Assembly: GCA_035084275.1 (NCBI GenBank)
Contig: CM068749.1
Coordinates: forward strand, 18,910,001-18,974,000
Length of the DNA: 64,000 nucleotides
Direction of reading: 5' to 3'
Origin: Hydrolagus colliei
Lineage: Eukaryota
Below the pieces are notes generated by a model. It was given only the letters and a program-made list of their open reading frames with translations. It had not been told where the DNA came from and ran no database searches. A program made the position numbers and the translations under genes. Shown here one piece after another: positions 1 through 11,800 of this stretch (position 1 is the first letter of the stretch; each line of letters begins with the position of its first letter).

Positions 1-682
1 ATAGAGCTGTATTTCACACAAAAATCAATTTACGGAAGGGAGAGGTTAACAAAATCCAAGGTCAGGACCCTGCTTCCTCTGAACAAAAGTGTTGATTGTG
101 ACAGATTCAGCAAAGCAGATCCTTAAAGCAATTGATATAAAGATTTCATAAGAAGTTTGGAAGTGAAAGGACTTCTTTGTAATATGTGCAAGTCACTGGA
201 CACCTTCTTACGTTGCCAATCTTTGCAAGCAGAGAAGGGAGTTTCTCCTGGTTCCTTGGCCAACAATCTCCCAGATAGAATTGGTCACTCGCTTTCTGGC
301 GGGTGCAAATTGGCTCCCGCGTTCGCATATAATCATATTGGCAACTACGCTTTACCGTAAATACTGTGAAAGTCTGTTGAGATGTCTCGATTGTGTGACG
401 AAGCACTGTTTTAATATGCATCATTATTAGACCTGTCAACCGTAAAATATCGTAAGCAGTAATGTAGAGGTGTTAAAATGAAAGCATTTGCTATACTGTA
501 TCATCATGCCTGCAAACAATGTCATTATTTGCCAGCATATATCTGCCATATATGCTGCCAATGCATAATTACAAAAAAAACATCACTATGGAGCCTACTT
601 CCTTGCACTCAGGGATTAGGATTTTACTTATCATGCAAGTAACCTCTAAAATGTGTCCTTATCTGAGGACATTTGACACATA

Positions 683-735
683 CAACAACAACAAACAACA
701 ACAAAATTACTCTTATAGAGCGCCTTTCACGTCGG
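683..735 (-). mobile_element. Minimal L2 3'-tail fragment (others at 11680-11740, 38808-38875, 49698-49800, 50488-50540, 60812-60860)
   Basis: caacaacaaaattac..tatagagcgcctttcacgtcgggagg. Confidence 0.75.
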
Positions 736-964
736 GAGGCTGCGATACCTGGCCTTCGGCAATTGAAGACAGGAGTTAAGGAGTTCGTTCAAACTCCTTG
801 GCTATATTCTGAAATATCTAACCACACGAAAGGAACTAATTCTGCTGGTTTTGCACTATGGATTATCCTAAACCTGGCCACAAAGGCTCAAGAGACTGTG
901 CTGGAGACCAGTTAGTTAGAAGTAGTGACATTGATAATATCAGCTTCTAATGGCAATTCCCCAT

Positions 965-1070
965 TACAGTCGATTCACTTTACAGTATATTCTGTGAAGC
1001 ACTTTGCGACATTGATAACATGTGAAAAGCTCTACTATATCAAATGCAAGGATTAGTATTATTATTATTA
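965..1070 (+). mobile_element. Deu-domain SINE 3' fragment
   Basis: Tail only; a similar fragment lies at 18033-18136. Confidence 0.8.
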
Positions 1071-1903
1071 TAGTCGTGCATTGACAGTCATTAATGTACC
1101 ACAATCGGAACGTCAACTGGACACAATGCAGTGATCTTTCCAAGAAAAAACGTGCGAGACACAGGATTGGGATCAGCTGTGATCCTCCCCCGAGCCCCCA
1201 CTCCCCACTTTCAACACAGTTCAGATGTCTGCTGCTGACCCTCACTGGCAGAGCTCACACATGAATAATGGTCACTCGGACTAGCATGAGAGGAAACAGG
1301 ATAGGAGGAGGGAAGAAAACTGGATGAGAAAAAACAAGAAGAAGCCAATGTTGGATTGTTTCGCAATGAAACTTCTCCACTGCCAAGCCTTAAAATACTA
1401 TATATAGTAGCATACATGTCTCTCTTTCCATTTTACCTTACGGCTGCCTAATCTCTAAATCCATATTTACCTCCAGCCAATAATGTTTTATGTAACACTG
1501 CACACTACTTAATAATACTTGTTTTCTTCCATTTGTGTTCCCTGTCATTTAAAAATCCTCGTCTGCACCACACATTTTAAATTATTATTATTTTCGAACA
1601 TAATTAAAGGAGCGAGTTGTCATAATAAGTCACTCATGATTACAGAGTGTTGTTACTTTGCCCTGTGAGATGATTATAGGGCAGTTCAGCCTCAGTAAAG
1701 TTGTTTCAATTGAGAAACCTGGACAAAGGCCTGTGGCAATCCACCAATTTTGAAAAGAGGAGCCAAGACGATAAGATAAACTAGGTAATGGATAGGTAAC
1801 AATCTTGGTTTCAAAATCTTACAGATTATGGGAAGAAAGAAAAGACTGAGGGAGATAAAGGGTTCATAAATTGAGGATGCCAGAAGCATGCTGAGAATGT
1901 ATT

Positions 1904-2214
1904 TTAATAATAAAAATCCTTGCATTTGATATAGCACTTTTCACATCTTATCGACGTCTCAAAGCGCTTCACAGAATATACTGTAAAGTGAATTGACTGT
2001 ATATTTGTGGGTGAACGTGGCAGCCAAATGCGCACAGCAGTGTCCCACAAACAGTCATGAATTGACCAATTTATTATAGAATTTTTTTGAGGGATTATCA
2101 TCAGGCATGTGGAGTAAGGAAACTTGAAACAAGTAAGGTTTCGCCCTGCTTGGAATCGAACCCAGGTCTCTCACTTGCAAGGCAAGTGTACTAACCACTG
2201 TGCTACAGAACTCC
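1904..2214 (-). mobile_element. tRNA-headed Deu-domain SINE, near full length
   Basis: A/B-box head, core TGTTTGTGGGACACTGCTGTGCGC, tail ATATCAAATGCAAGGA(TTA)n. Confidence 0.9.
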
Positions 2215-2479
2215 ACAATGTACTATTAAAGCAACTAAAAGCTTTGGAAAGCATATTAAACAAAGAAATTTCAAGGGCATTTCATGCATTGGGATGATTG
2301 AGACCAAATCATTTTTCCTTTATGTTTGTTAGATGCATTTTAAGGAAGCTTTGCCATTTTGCAAGAAAAGCAACGCTACAGACAGCAGAAGCCTGAAGTC
2401 ATCTCAGCTATTCCAAAAATAAAATTCCTGGGCCATATCTAATGGAAAGACATCAGAGTAAATGTCTAATGGAAAGAAA

Positions 2480-2630
2480 TGATGGGAAAAAGATTATTCA
2501 GAAAGTCACAAGGGAGATGGATTGATAGATAATTGGGGAATAAAAATAGTAAGCCACAGAAATGGTCTGTGCCAAGCAGGTTTGATAGAACAAATAACTT
2601 TCTCTTGTTCGTATTTCTTATGCTCTTATG
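2480..2630 (+). mobile_element. Degraded CR1-like LINE 3' end
   Basis: Ends in ttcttatgctcttatg, the octamer-type tail typical of CR1 (recalled). Confidence 0.5.
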
Positions 2631-2847
2631 CATGTTGAGTGATGAAACACTTAAAAGAATTAACTGAAACCTACGCTACTATGCTTAATATCAGCATCAA
2701 ACATACAAGGTTTTATGGCGTGGACCTACAAACATACGGTTGGATGTCTAAAGGCAGGGTAAATTAATATAAAGTAGACTTTTGCCACATTTTTCATGAG
2801 AGAGCAGAGCTTTTGCATGCTGCAAAGTAATTGGTGTATGGGTTTAC

Positions 2848-2887
2848 CTGTGACGTTTCCAAGATCTTCAGTGGCCTTTAAGAAAAT
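2848..2887 (-). CDS. ABCA4: ABCA4 exon 26 (40 bp)
   Basis: [13 protein letters not shown], ttcttccag|...CAG|gtaaac. Confidence 0.88.
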
Positions 2888-5800
2888 CTGGAAGAAAACA
2901 ATAGAAATAGAACTTTTGTTAGCCTCAGCAAGACTCGGTTATCTCCCAGAGAATATTGAATTGGAAGCATTAAATACAAGAAAGTCCTCTTCTCAATCCA
3001 CGGAAGAGTATGTACCTGTGAGTATTGATGTCAATTCAGATTGTGTTTTTTTTTCATAGCAAGAGCAACTCAAACCTATTTCCACTTGGTTAAACATAGG
3101 CAGAACCACAACAGCTGCGTATAAAGATTACTTACTCTGAAGAACAATATGCCGCTCTGCTGTTGTGGTTTAAAAACCCACACGACAAACCTTCCAATAT
3201 GTTGTTCTAAACTTTTGGAAAATGAGCATTGTGACTTTGTGCGAACTTCGGATTACAGCGCTGTCAGCGGAGCTCGGCTAAAGAGAGAGGTTAAGGCGAT
3301 TTCATATTTTCCCAATGTTGTGCAGCATGGTATGTGCTTATTTGTGAAGATTACACTATGTGTGGAACTCATGTTGTGTTGTAATCCCTCCTTTAACTCT
3401 GGTAGAAGCTGATATGTACCAAGCTGATAAGAGGTTTGACATAAAGAGATGGCTGCTGTGGTATGTGATGGTTAGCCACTCTTACCTCCTCCAGTGACGT
3501 GTCAGAGACACCAAAGCTGCTGAGGCCCAGATCTTGCAGCGTTTCCTCTATTTCTCGGAATAGACTTGCGTAGGCCCTGTGTTTGAAATCTTTACTGGGC
3601 AGCGCGTAGTAAAGTTCTTGACCAACATTTTCAACCAGTTTGGCCTCAGGAATGTGGTGTTGGATTAGAGCTGTTAAAGCTTCCACATCAGCTGCACATA
3701 AAAAGAGCAATTCATATACATATATATATATATAACACACATATGCATAGTGATAGCATGTTCACAAGAGCACCTTTTTTTTATTGCTGTTTCCTGCAAC
3801 CTTTTACACTGATTGCATAATTCTTCGCCATTGTCAACCAGATTTAATGTGCCTCTCGTTGCATAACTGCAAATGTATTGTTAATGCTCGTACAGTGCTC
3901 GGGGAGCAGGGAAATGAAGTGCATGTAACACTCACCATCTAGTTCTTCCTCTGGGATGGTATCATTGCAGATGGAGCAAAAGCAAACGCAGACTGGAGTA
4001 CAGGTACATGTTCGCTGGGTTAATTTTTGGGGGAGAGGAACACGGGAGAGAGAGAGAGAGAGACATCAATTACATTTCAGAACCGCTGAATACTATCATC
4101 AACATCGAAAAACAACAGGATTCACGCCAGTCAGGCTCCCTGCCACCTGCCTCAGCTCCAGCCCTTTGATCTGCAGCTATGTCTCATCTTTCATTATTTT
4201 CACCTGGAAACCTGAAGGAAGATGGATTATGCCAACTGCATCTCCTCTGAACATTCCTTTTATTAGAGTTTATATATGTGCAGATTAGTTTTCTTTCACA
4301 ATAACTGTATTTCTCCCCCACCCACCAACCCCCCCCCCACCCAAAAAATAATAATACCAGGTTATTATTCCACCACAAACAAAATGGGGGGAACTCACTT
4401 CAATGGACACACAGCTTAAAGATGACAATAAGTTCTCAACATTTTACTGATCAGAGAACTCATCTTTCTTTTGCCTTTTTGTGTAACTGGTCTCACAGGG
4501 CATTTCCCACAATTTCACAAGTGAAGTACTGTAGCTCATAGGTTAGAGCAATCACCTGGCAAGCGAGAGGACCTGGGTTCAATTTGCAAACAGGACTAAA
4601 TGTTAGATGCGTTTTCTTACCCTACACACCTCTGTTTACCTAGCAATAAAAGGGAATCTGGTTGTTAGTCATTTGGAAGATCACTTTTCCAGGGATAATA
4701 ATCCCTTCAAAAATAAAAAAATAAAAAATAACAATTTGGTCACTCAATCCAGGATTGTTTGTGGGACGTTGCTGTGTGTGATTGTCTGCCACGTTGCTCC
4801 AACAAAGTATACAGTCAATTCACTTTATAGGAGATTCTGGGAAGGTCTTTGAGATGCCTCGAAGACATGATATATCAAATGCAAGGATTATTGTTATTTC
4901 AACCCAACGAGAGGGAGATCATCAACTCACCACTTGATCTTCTTTCTTATGCTTGACTTTCTTCATTCTGCGCACCAGAGTAAGACGGAATCCAGAACCA
5001 AAGCAGTTCTTAAGAAACAAAGAGGAGCCACAGCATTGCAGCTTTCCTTGAGAGATAATGGCAATTCGATCGCCAAGGAGATCTGCTTCGTCCATGTGAT
5101 GTGTGGAAAGGATGATGGTTCTCCCTATGTATCAAAGGGTATAGAAAACAGATTTGTCATTTACAGATGGACCTTTAAATGCCCACTAGAGGGATCCTTT
5201 GTACCAGCCAATACTTCAAAACAGATGTGTGCAGGAATGCAAGCATTGTGACTCATCTTGGGGCCTGTCTGACATTCCTCAGTTTATAAAAAAAACAGCC
5301 CAAAGCGTATTTTTCAAGATCTGTGAAAATAGGAATTTGTAAGTGGTAGTGAAAGGCTGGCAGCCAGTTACGACACAATAACTTTTCACAGTTCTTTCCC
5401 TTTCTGAAAAACGTTATTGAGCCACTCGTCCCCGGAAATGTTCTCAAGTCCACAGATTTCCAGCTGTGCCGCGTGGCACTGTGGCGTAAAATGGCTGCGC
5501 AGAGCTGATTCAGTAAGGAAGTCATCCTAAAGTGCTGGTAAACAAGCTGAGGAGAGATGAGACCAAGAGGTGTTGAAGTGCTTCACAAAGACAATGGGGA
5601 GATCTGCAATGGGGACAAAAGCAATAAGAACGTCCCCGCCTTTCGGATGATCAGCAATAATCTCCCCGCTGCCCCTTGTCTTGTGTTTGAAGACAAAATT
5701 CTCACATAATAAAAGTTTACAATGTGACCCAAACCTGAAACTACAGGTCTCACACACTACGAGATTTGTGTAACACTGAGAGGCCGGGCCAAATGATGTT

Positions 5801-8800
5801 TATGTGATCATGTCCATAGACAACAGCACGCAATGAACTGGTTGATTTTTGAGAATTTCCCTACTGATGCCTGGAAGGTCCCTGTGATATAAACGTCGAG
5901 GCCCTCAATGGTCTACGCTGACACCATGAGTAGCTTGTGGCTGATTGATTGCCACCACAGATCTCAAAGCTCCAGGTCTCCCTCTTGCACTCCACTCCTG
6001 AATCTCTCCCAATGGCAGCTACAGTACATGCTCAAAGTCAGGAATAGTTTGCAGCTAACGTCAGGACTTTGAATTGTATTTCATAGCCAGATTAATACCC
6101 ACAGACAGGAGGGCACTGAACCCAGGTCATTGCAAAAACAGCTGTTGGAAAGGGGCCTCTTAGATACATTACCTCAGGGGAATATGTTCTGATCGGGAGA
6201 CCCTGCACACCACTTCCTTTGAGATTTTATTGAGCCTGGAACAATATAAAGATCTCCTATCTGGAACAATCCTGGTCGAACAAGATATTGAACAATCAAT
6301 CTTGTCCAACAGACAGTTCGGTATGCGAGAGGTGGTTTACCACATTGAAAGTCCTCCCCTCCCCATTAGTGATTTTTTTTCCCTTTTGTGTAAGTAAATG
6401 TTTCTCCTTTAGGGGCAAAATCAAATCCGTGATTGAAATTGAGCAAGAAGCATGCCACTAAAATCACTAGTTTACAAACCAGTGGTAAATTCTCCCCCTC
6501 CCCTTCCCTCCTCCTAACTTGAAGGTGCAGGTTAAACCTCACTAGTTGTGGATGGGATGGCTTCTTCTCTCTTAGAGCATTGAACTATTTTAAATCTTTG
6601 GCTCTCTACAATGTAGAATATTAATCAGCTAGCTGAGACAATAGATTAATAAACCTCACAGTGCATGGAATGCACAAAATGACACTTTGTTCTATACAGT
6701 ATCTTGTTTCAGTCAAAAAGGCACAGCGATGGAACTCCAAGAGTGTGGGAGTACACGTCCTCTACTGCTTACTCAGCGATTACTGAAATAGAAAAATGCC
6801 AGAAGGTGGGTGGTCACTGGTGACTAATTGAAATTAAAAGTCGTTTGCTGGAATTCCCCCCCACTCCCCCACCCAAACACATCACACCCCGTTTACAGGA
6901 AAGAGCGGCAACGTATAGTGATGAACAAGTAGCTTGTGTTTTTTTTGATGAAGGATACGGTTTGCAAATACATTCCACAATCAATCTGTCTTTTTAATAA
7001 TATCGGATCAATTATTTCCCAATTAAATGATTAAGTCATAGCATCGAAAGGATCAGTCTACAGCTAACGCTGTAGAATTAAAACCTAACCTAATAATTAA
7101 TGTGAAACTAAATTGCAAAAGTTAATATCTGCTGTGGTGCAGGATGTTCTCTATGGCTAGCAGCACAGGGCAGAGTCAGTTTTCAGAACAATCTTCTCTT
7201 GGCTTTGCTAAACAGAAACCTCCCAATGTTGTTTATGGGATGAGTCCAATTTTCCATCATCTAGAATTCCTCCATGCAAAAACAGCAAAGGTTTATTATA
7301 TGGCTCAGGGGGTACTTGTAGGAATGAACTATTTCCCTGCTGGGATCAGCTAACTCAATTTGGGGTTTAAAGCAGTAATCTTCCCGATCTATTTTGCTCA
7401 GTGTTACAGGCAGACAGCGCTTAAACACAAAGTCTGGTGTGCACAATCATTGGTCGTACGTACAACAATCGCAATAAAAGCAAATCCACTTTATCCCCTG
7501 ACTTCATAATGTCTTGAGACAGTGTCTTAATCTAATTTATGCCCCAGCTAGAATATTTCTGGAAAGACTCTCACGCACAGAAGAAACTAAAGTTACATTT
7601 TAAACGGTCCAGTCAGCTTCATTGGATATTAGTTTCTGTTTTTTTAAAAAAAAACCAGGAGATTTAGGCAGAGACTGTACCTGGGCGGTATTTCAGCAGG
7701 AGGTCCCAGATGGATCGCCTGGAATATGGATCTACTCCAGAGGTCGGTTCATCCAAGACAATCACTTTTGCTCCTCCAGTAAATGCGATGGCTACAGACA
7801 GTTTTCGCTGCATTCCACCTATGGAAGCCAGAAATAATTTGTCATGTTTGCACTATCAAACACGTGCACGCAGAGTGTCACTCTGTGCTTATTATAAACA
7901 AGCAGCAGACTTGAATAATAATAATAATCCTGGAATTTGATATCGTGCTTTTCACATCTTCTAAACGTCTCAAGGCGCTTCACAGAATCTACTGAATAGT
8001 GAAATGACTGTATATTTGAGGGCGAAACACAGCAGCCAATTGCACACAGCAGTGTCCCCACCATCAGTCGTGGATTGAAATGACAAATTTTATCATTGCG
8101 TTTTTTTTTGAGTGATTATTATTAGGCGTGTGGAGTAAGGAAACTTGCCCAAGGTTTCGCCCTGACCTGCCGAGATTTGAACACAGGTCTCACACTTGTA
8201 AGGCGAATGCTTTAACACCGAGCTACAGGACTTTGAAGGCTGTATTGTAATATGTATGCAGCAAGGATTTTCAATAGAGCAATATATAACATGATTCCTT
8301 CGCAAGGAAATGGAATGGGACTTTTTCCAGTCATGTCTTATTATTACACTCCAAACAAAGATTGCATCAAAGCTTCAACAATCTGGGGGCAATGTGCAGC
8401 ATTTTCTTACTCGGGAATCCACCTCATTTCGTCTCCATTGTGTACAAATATTAATACTGCCCATCTAGGTATGTTGGCAGTCCTGAATAGATTCACATTT
8501 ATTCAGAATAATTTCCGCTGGGTACCTGACAAGTTTTGGACTATTTCATCTTTCTTGTGTGGCAGTCCAATTTCATCCAACATTACTTCCAGTTGCTTCT
8601 CTGCCTCTTCCAATGTCTGTCCTTTGAGTTGAGTATAAAACAAGATGTGCTCTGCCACTGTTAGACTGCAGAAGAGGTAAAGGTAAATTGAAAATGGCAA
8701 TGATCCATGCACTGTATTTTACTGGAGACTGGCATCTGGAAATGAGAAGTATTGACTCGTTTTCAGATGCTCAGTTGAATTAGCTTTAACTGACCCAACG

Positions 8801-11800
8801 TACGAACTGAAGTGACCTAACAGACAACAACAACATGTATTTATGTGATGCCCTTCAGTGAAGAGCAACGTCTTGGAGAGTTTACAGACAATTTGGATGA
8901 CAAACTCCTGACAACTTTAATCTAACACAGTAAGAAACATAGTGCTCCTTGACGAGAACAGAATGCTGTACACAATACGTAGCCTTTTCATAGATATACG
9001 TCTCCTTCTTTAGCATGCACCGGTCCACCAATAAGTATGTGCTTCAAGCTTTAGGCTGCCTTGTGTTCTACCTTACTCGAGAAGACAGATGAGGTTCACT
9101 GGATCAACATTCCAATCATTCCCCAGCAATCTAGGCTTTTCCAAGTCAGCTTTAAAGGCTTACCCTGAATTACCAGACTCCAGACAGGTGCCATATGCTT
9201 ATCATGATGGATCCGGATTTTACACAAGATTCATGCTCCAGGCTTTGGTCCGATGTAACTTTTCTAATAGATTCCATAGAGAGGCACAGAGCAACACAAA
9301 CTGCTTATCGAGACGAATACCAGGCTCCAAAGAAATCTCAGACATTCTACAGTAACTGCCAGGTTTTGTCAGAAGTATTGCACAGATTTTTATTTAAACA
9401 CCATGAAAATATGAAAATCTGAGAGATTTTACTACTGCAAACTTCACAAAAATAGTTGTAAAAGTCTAAAATTCACTCTTCACAGATAAGACCCACTTAT
9501 AGACTACCCCAAGCAAATGAGTCAGATTCATTGTACATTTGTTTTGGCGTAAAATTGCGTTTATCTATAATTTAATCAATAGCATGTAATAACAATATTG
9601 CTGAGAGTAATTCACAAGTTCACCGCAATATTCTGTTTAATACAACTGTGATTCATACTGTGCGTTTACTCATCCCCTCTTAGTGCAAGCAACACTGTTT
9701 GGCTTCTTGTTGGAACACGTAGATAGATTCCATTACTGAACAGCATCTATTGTGTGGGTTGTGTATACATCGAATATCAAAGGCATGCAAGATTGTAGCA
9801 AATATATGAAGCAGAAATACCAGGGAAAACTGCAACACAGATCAAATCTTCAACTGGAATTTATCTTGTGATCTTGTGACAGGCCTATTGCCAGGAGGCC
9901 TTTCCTGAAATCTACTGACAGATTTCAGCTAACAGAAGACGTTTCATATAAAATAATTGAGTTAACAGCTACAAAAACAGCAGGTAAAGAAACAAGAGTG
10001 CCAAGTTCCAAGCCTCAACATTAATTTTCCGGTTAGTTACAACCAAGGCAAGTTAGGTTGCATGTGGGCAGAATCATTGAACGATATAATGTCTTACTTA
10101 CTCGTTAAACAAGATATTGTACTGTGGGCACATGCCTATGTTCTGTCGAATTGCATCAATTTCTGTGCGAATATCCTTCCCATTAATATAAGCAGTACCA
10201 GATGTAGGTGGGAATAAGCCAGTCAGCATTGACCTATTGAATTGTAAAGATAGAGCAATGAATTAAGCACATGCAATAGCAATTCATGGTTTCAACTTTT
10301 GTTTGCGTTACAGTAGATTAACAAATAACTTAAATGTAGAATCCTATTTTGACAGCAGAACAATTCCAAAATATGTGTTAATTAAATAACATTACATAAT
10401 CTAAAGTGCGATTAAAAACTAACAATTAAAAACTAACAATTGAGCAAACATTTACAGAAACATTTCTGGGTGATATTATTCTACATTCTGCATCAACCAG
10501 AGAGAATTTCACCTAAAGTATATGTTTACAGGGTTCGAGATATTATAATACATTTTAAGATAATTATTTTGTGTTTCTCAAAATATTGCCTTCTGACCTA
10601 TCAGAGTTTGTGTAGTTCTCTGAAATGATTAACATCATGTCGGGGGAAGCAAGTTAGGTACAAGACAAGAGACAGAGATCTGTGTTTGTTATACATTAAT
10701 AAAATCTAGGTGTCTACATGGATGTCGGTGTCTGAATGAAGTCTATTTCAGTATCATTTGGTTATGTCAATACTTTCAGTGTTCAACTGTTAATATTTAG
10801 CTCATTATAAACTTGCAGCTGAATTATTAAGTGCTTCTCCAATTTGAGTACAGTATAGCCTGTGTGTATATTATATATACTGTACATATAGATCAGAACC
10901 TCTTGAAACAAACTTAATATAAAGGCTGGTTCCTATTTTTAGGTGCTGAGGTATTTGTTACATCGCAATGAAAGTTGCGAGTCTTACATTGTAGTGGTTT
11001 TTCCAGCTCCATTATGCCCCAAGAAGGAAGTGATCTGCCCTTCGAAGAAGTTAATGTTCAGTTTATCCACAGCTGGCCTCTGCCCTTCTTGGAAGACCTT
11101 TACCAGGTTCTGAACAGATACTCCAAGAGTCAGACCAGAGGGCTCTGTCTCGTAGAAAGGGTTTCCTGCCATCGCTTCCATTACTGCAAATGACAGACAA
11201 CGGCCGGTCATGTCATGGGCTTAAAAAAACTATCACATGCATCAAGAACTGTGACCTGCAATAGTACAGTTCCAATATGACCCTCAACAAATCATTCACC
11301 TGGATTCGTGGCAGTCGATGGTTTCGGTTTCTCCTTCTTCTCGCTCAGTTTACACACCTTCAAGCCTTCTCCCATTTCTTCTTTTTTCTTCTGATCGTCA
11401 GTCTCTTTTCCTGATTTTTCTCCGGGCTTCTCTTCCAATTTGACATTGGATTTGTCTGCTGGTTTCTCTGCTGGTTTCTCTGCTGGTTTCTCTGCAGGTT
11501 TCTCTGCTGTTTTCTCTGCTGGTTTGCTTCCCTCTGTATCTGCGGGTTTGTCTGCCTTCTCCTCTTCTTTTGCTTTTTCGTCTTTTTTGTCCGTTTCCTT
11601 GACTTCTTTTGTGACTTCTTTTTTGATGGATCAACAAAAAGAATGGCACGTTATTCAGTTGAACGGGAGAAAATACGTTTCAGCGCCTTGCGACGTCCTC
11701 CCAATGTGAAAGGCGCTCTATAAATGTAATTTTATTGTTCGTTACGCTTGGCATTTAATGCGCATTGGCAACATAGCTTCAAAAATTCCCTCCACGTAGC

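Noticed and set aside
146-439. 97-aa ORF as possible ABCA4 exon 27
   Set aside because: No ABCA-like motif, and it overlaps a degraded DeuSINE (228-430). Exon 27 is presumably off-window.
11398-11709. Repetitive ORFs RETSRETS (-) and SAGFSAGF (+)
   Set aside because: These are shifted or antisense readings of the PAEK exon; only the PAEK frame fits the flanking splice phases.
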